Positions 63,891-64,000 of a stretch of DNA of 64,000 nt are shown piece by piece. Numbering within the stretch: position 1 is the stretch's first letter; each line of letters opens with the position of its first letter. The notes beneath the pieces were generated by a model. It was not told the origin of the DNA, made no database searches, and was given only the letters and a program-made list of their open reading frames with translations. The stretch is taken from assembly GCF_009914755.1 (NCBI RefSeq), contig NC_060947.1; one strand, 5' to 3'. The DNA is from the human T2T-CHM13v2.0 reference genome, Homo sapiens. The translations under genes and the position numbers were made by a program.

Positions 63891-64000
63891 AAATGTCTTA
63901 ATGAATACAATTTTTAAATTCCACTAATCAGACAAAATTTAAGGATATCCACATTAGCTTCTTAGAATGCCCCCTCCCCCTTTCCCTCCCACAAAGAATT

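Overview
Primate (almost certainly human) genomic DNA. It is AT-rich and mostly interspersed repeats (L1, Alu, L2/MIR, L3/CR1, MaLR/ERVL LTRs, Tigger/MER/piggyBac DNA elements), with no supportable host protein-coding exon. The central feature is a very young, full-length processed retrocopy of FAM3C/ILEI (29126-31931; 14-bp TSD, poly-A, 5'UTR + CDS + 3'UTR; probably the annotated FAM3C2P/FAM3CP locus). Its only visible coding lesion is a consensus-like AluYb8 inserted after codon 195. This gives an open 216-aa FAM3C-Alu chimeric ORF, and removing the Alu in silico restores an intact 227-aa FAM3C ORF. A second, less obvious signal is a set of short, locally templated insertions: 50-130-bp pieces copied from 0.5-3 kb away, direct or inverted, into breaks in other repeats. 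Three of them cluster in 16-24 kb. Repeat subfamily names come from recalled consensus sequences, so names and boundaries are approximate unless a TSD is quoted.
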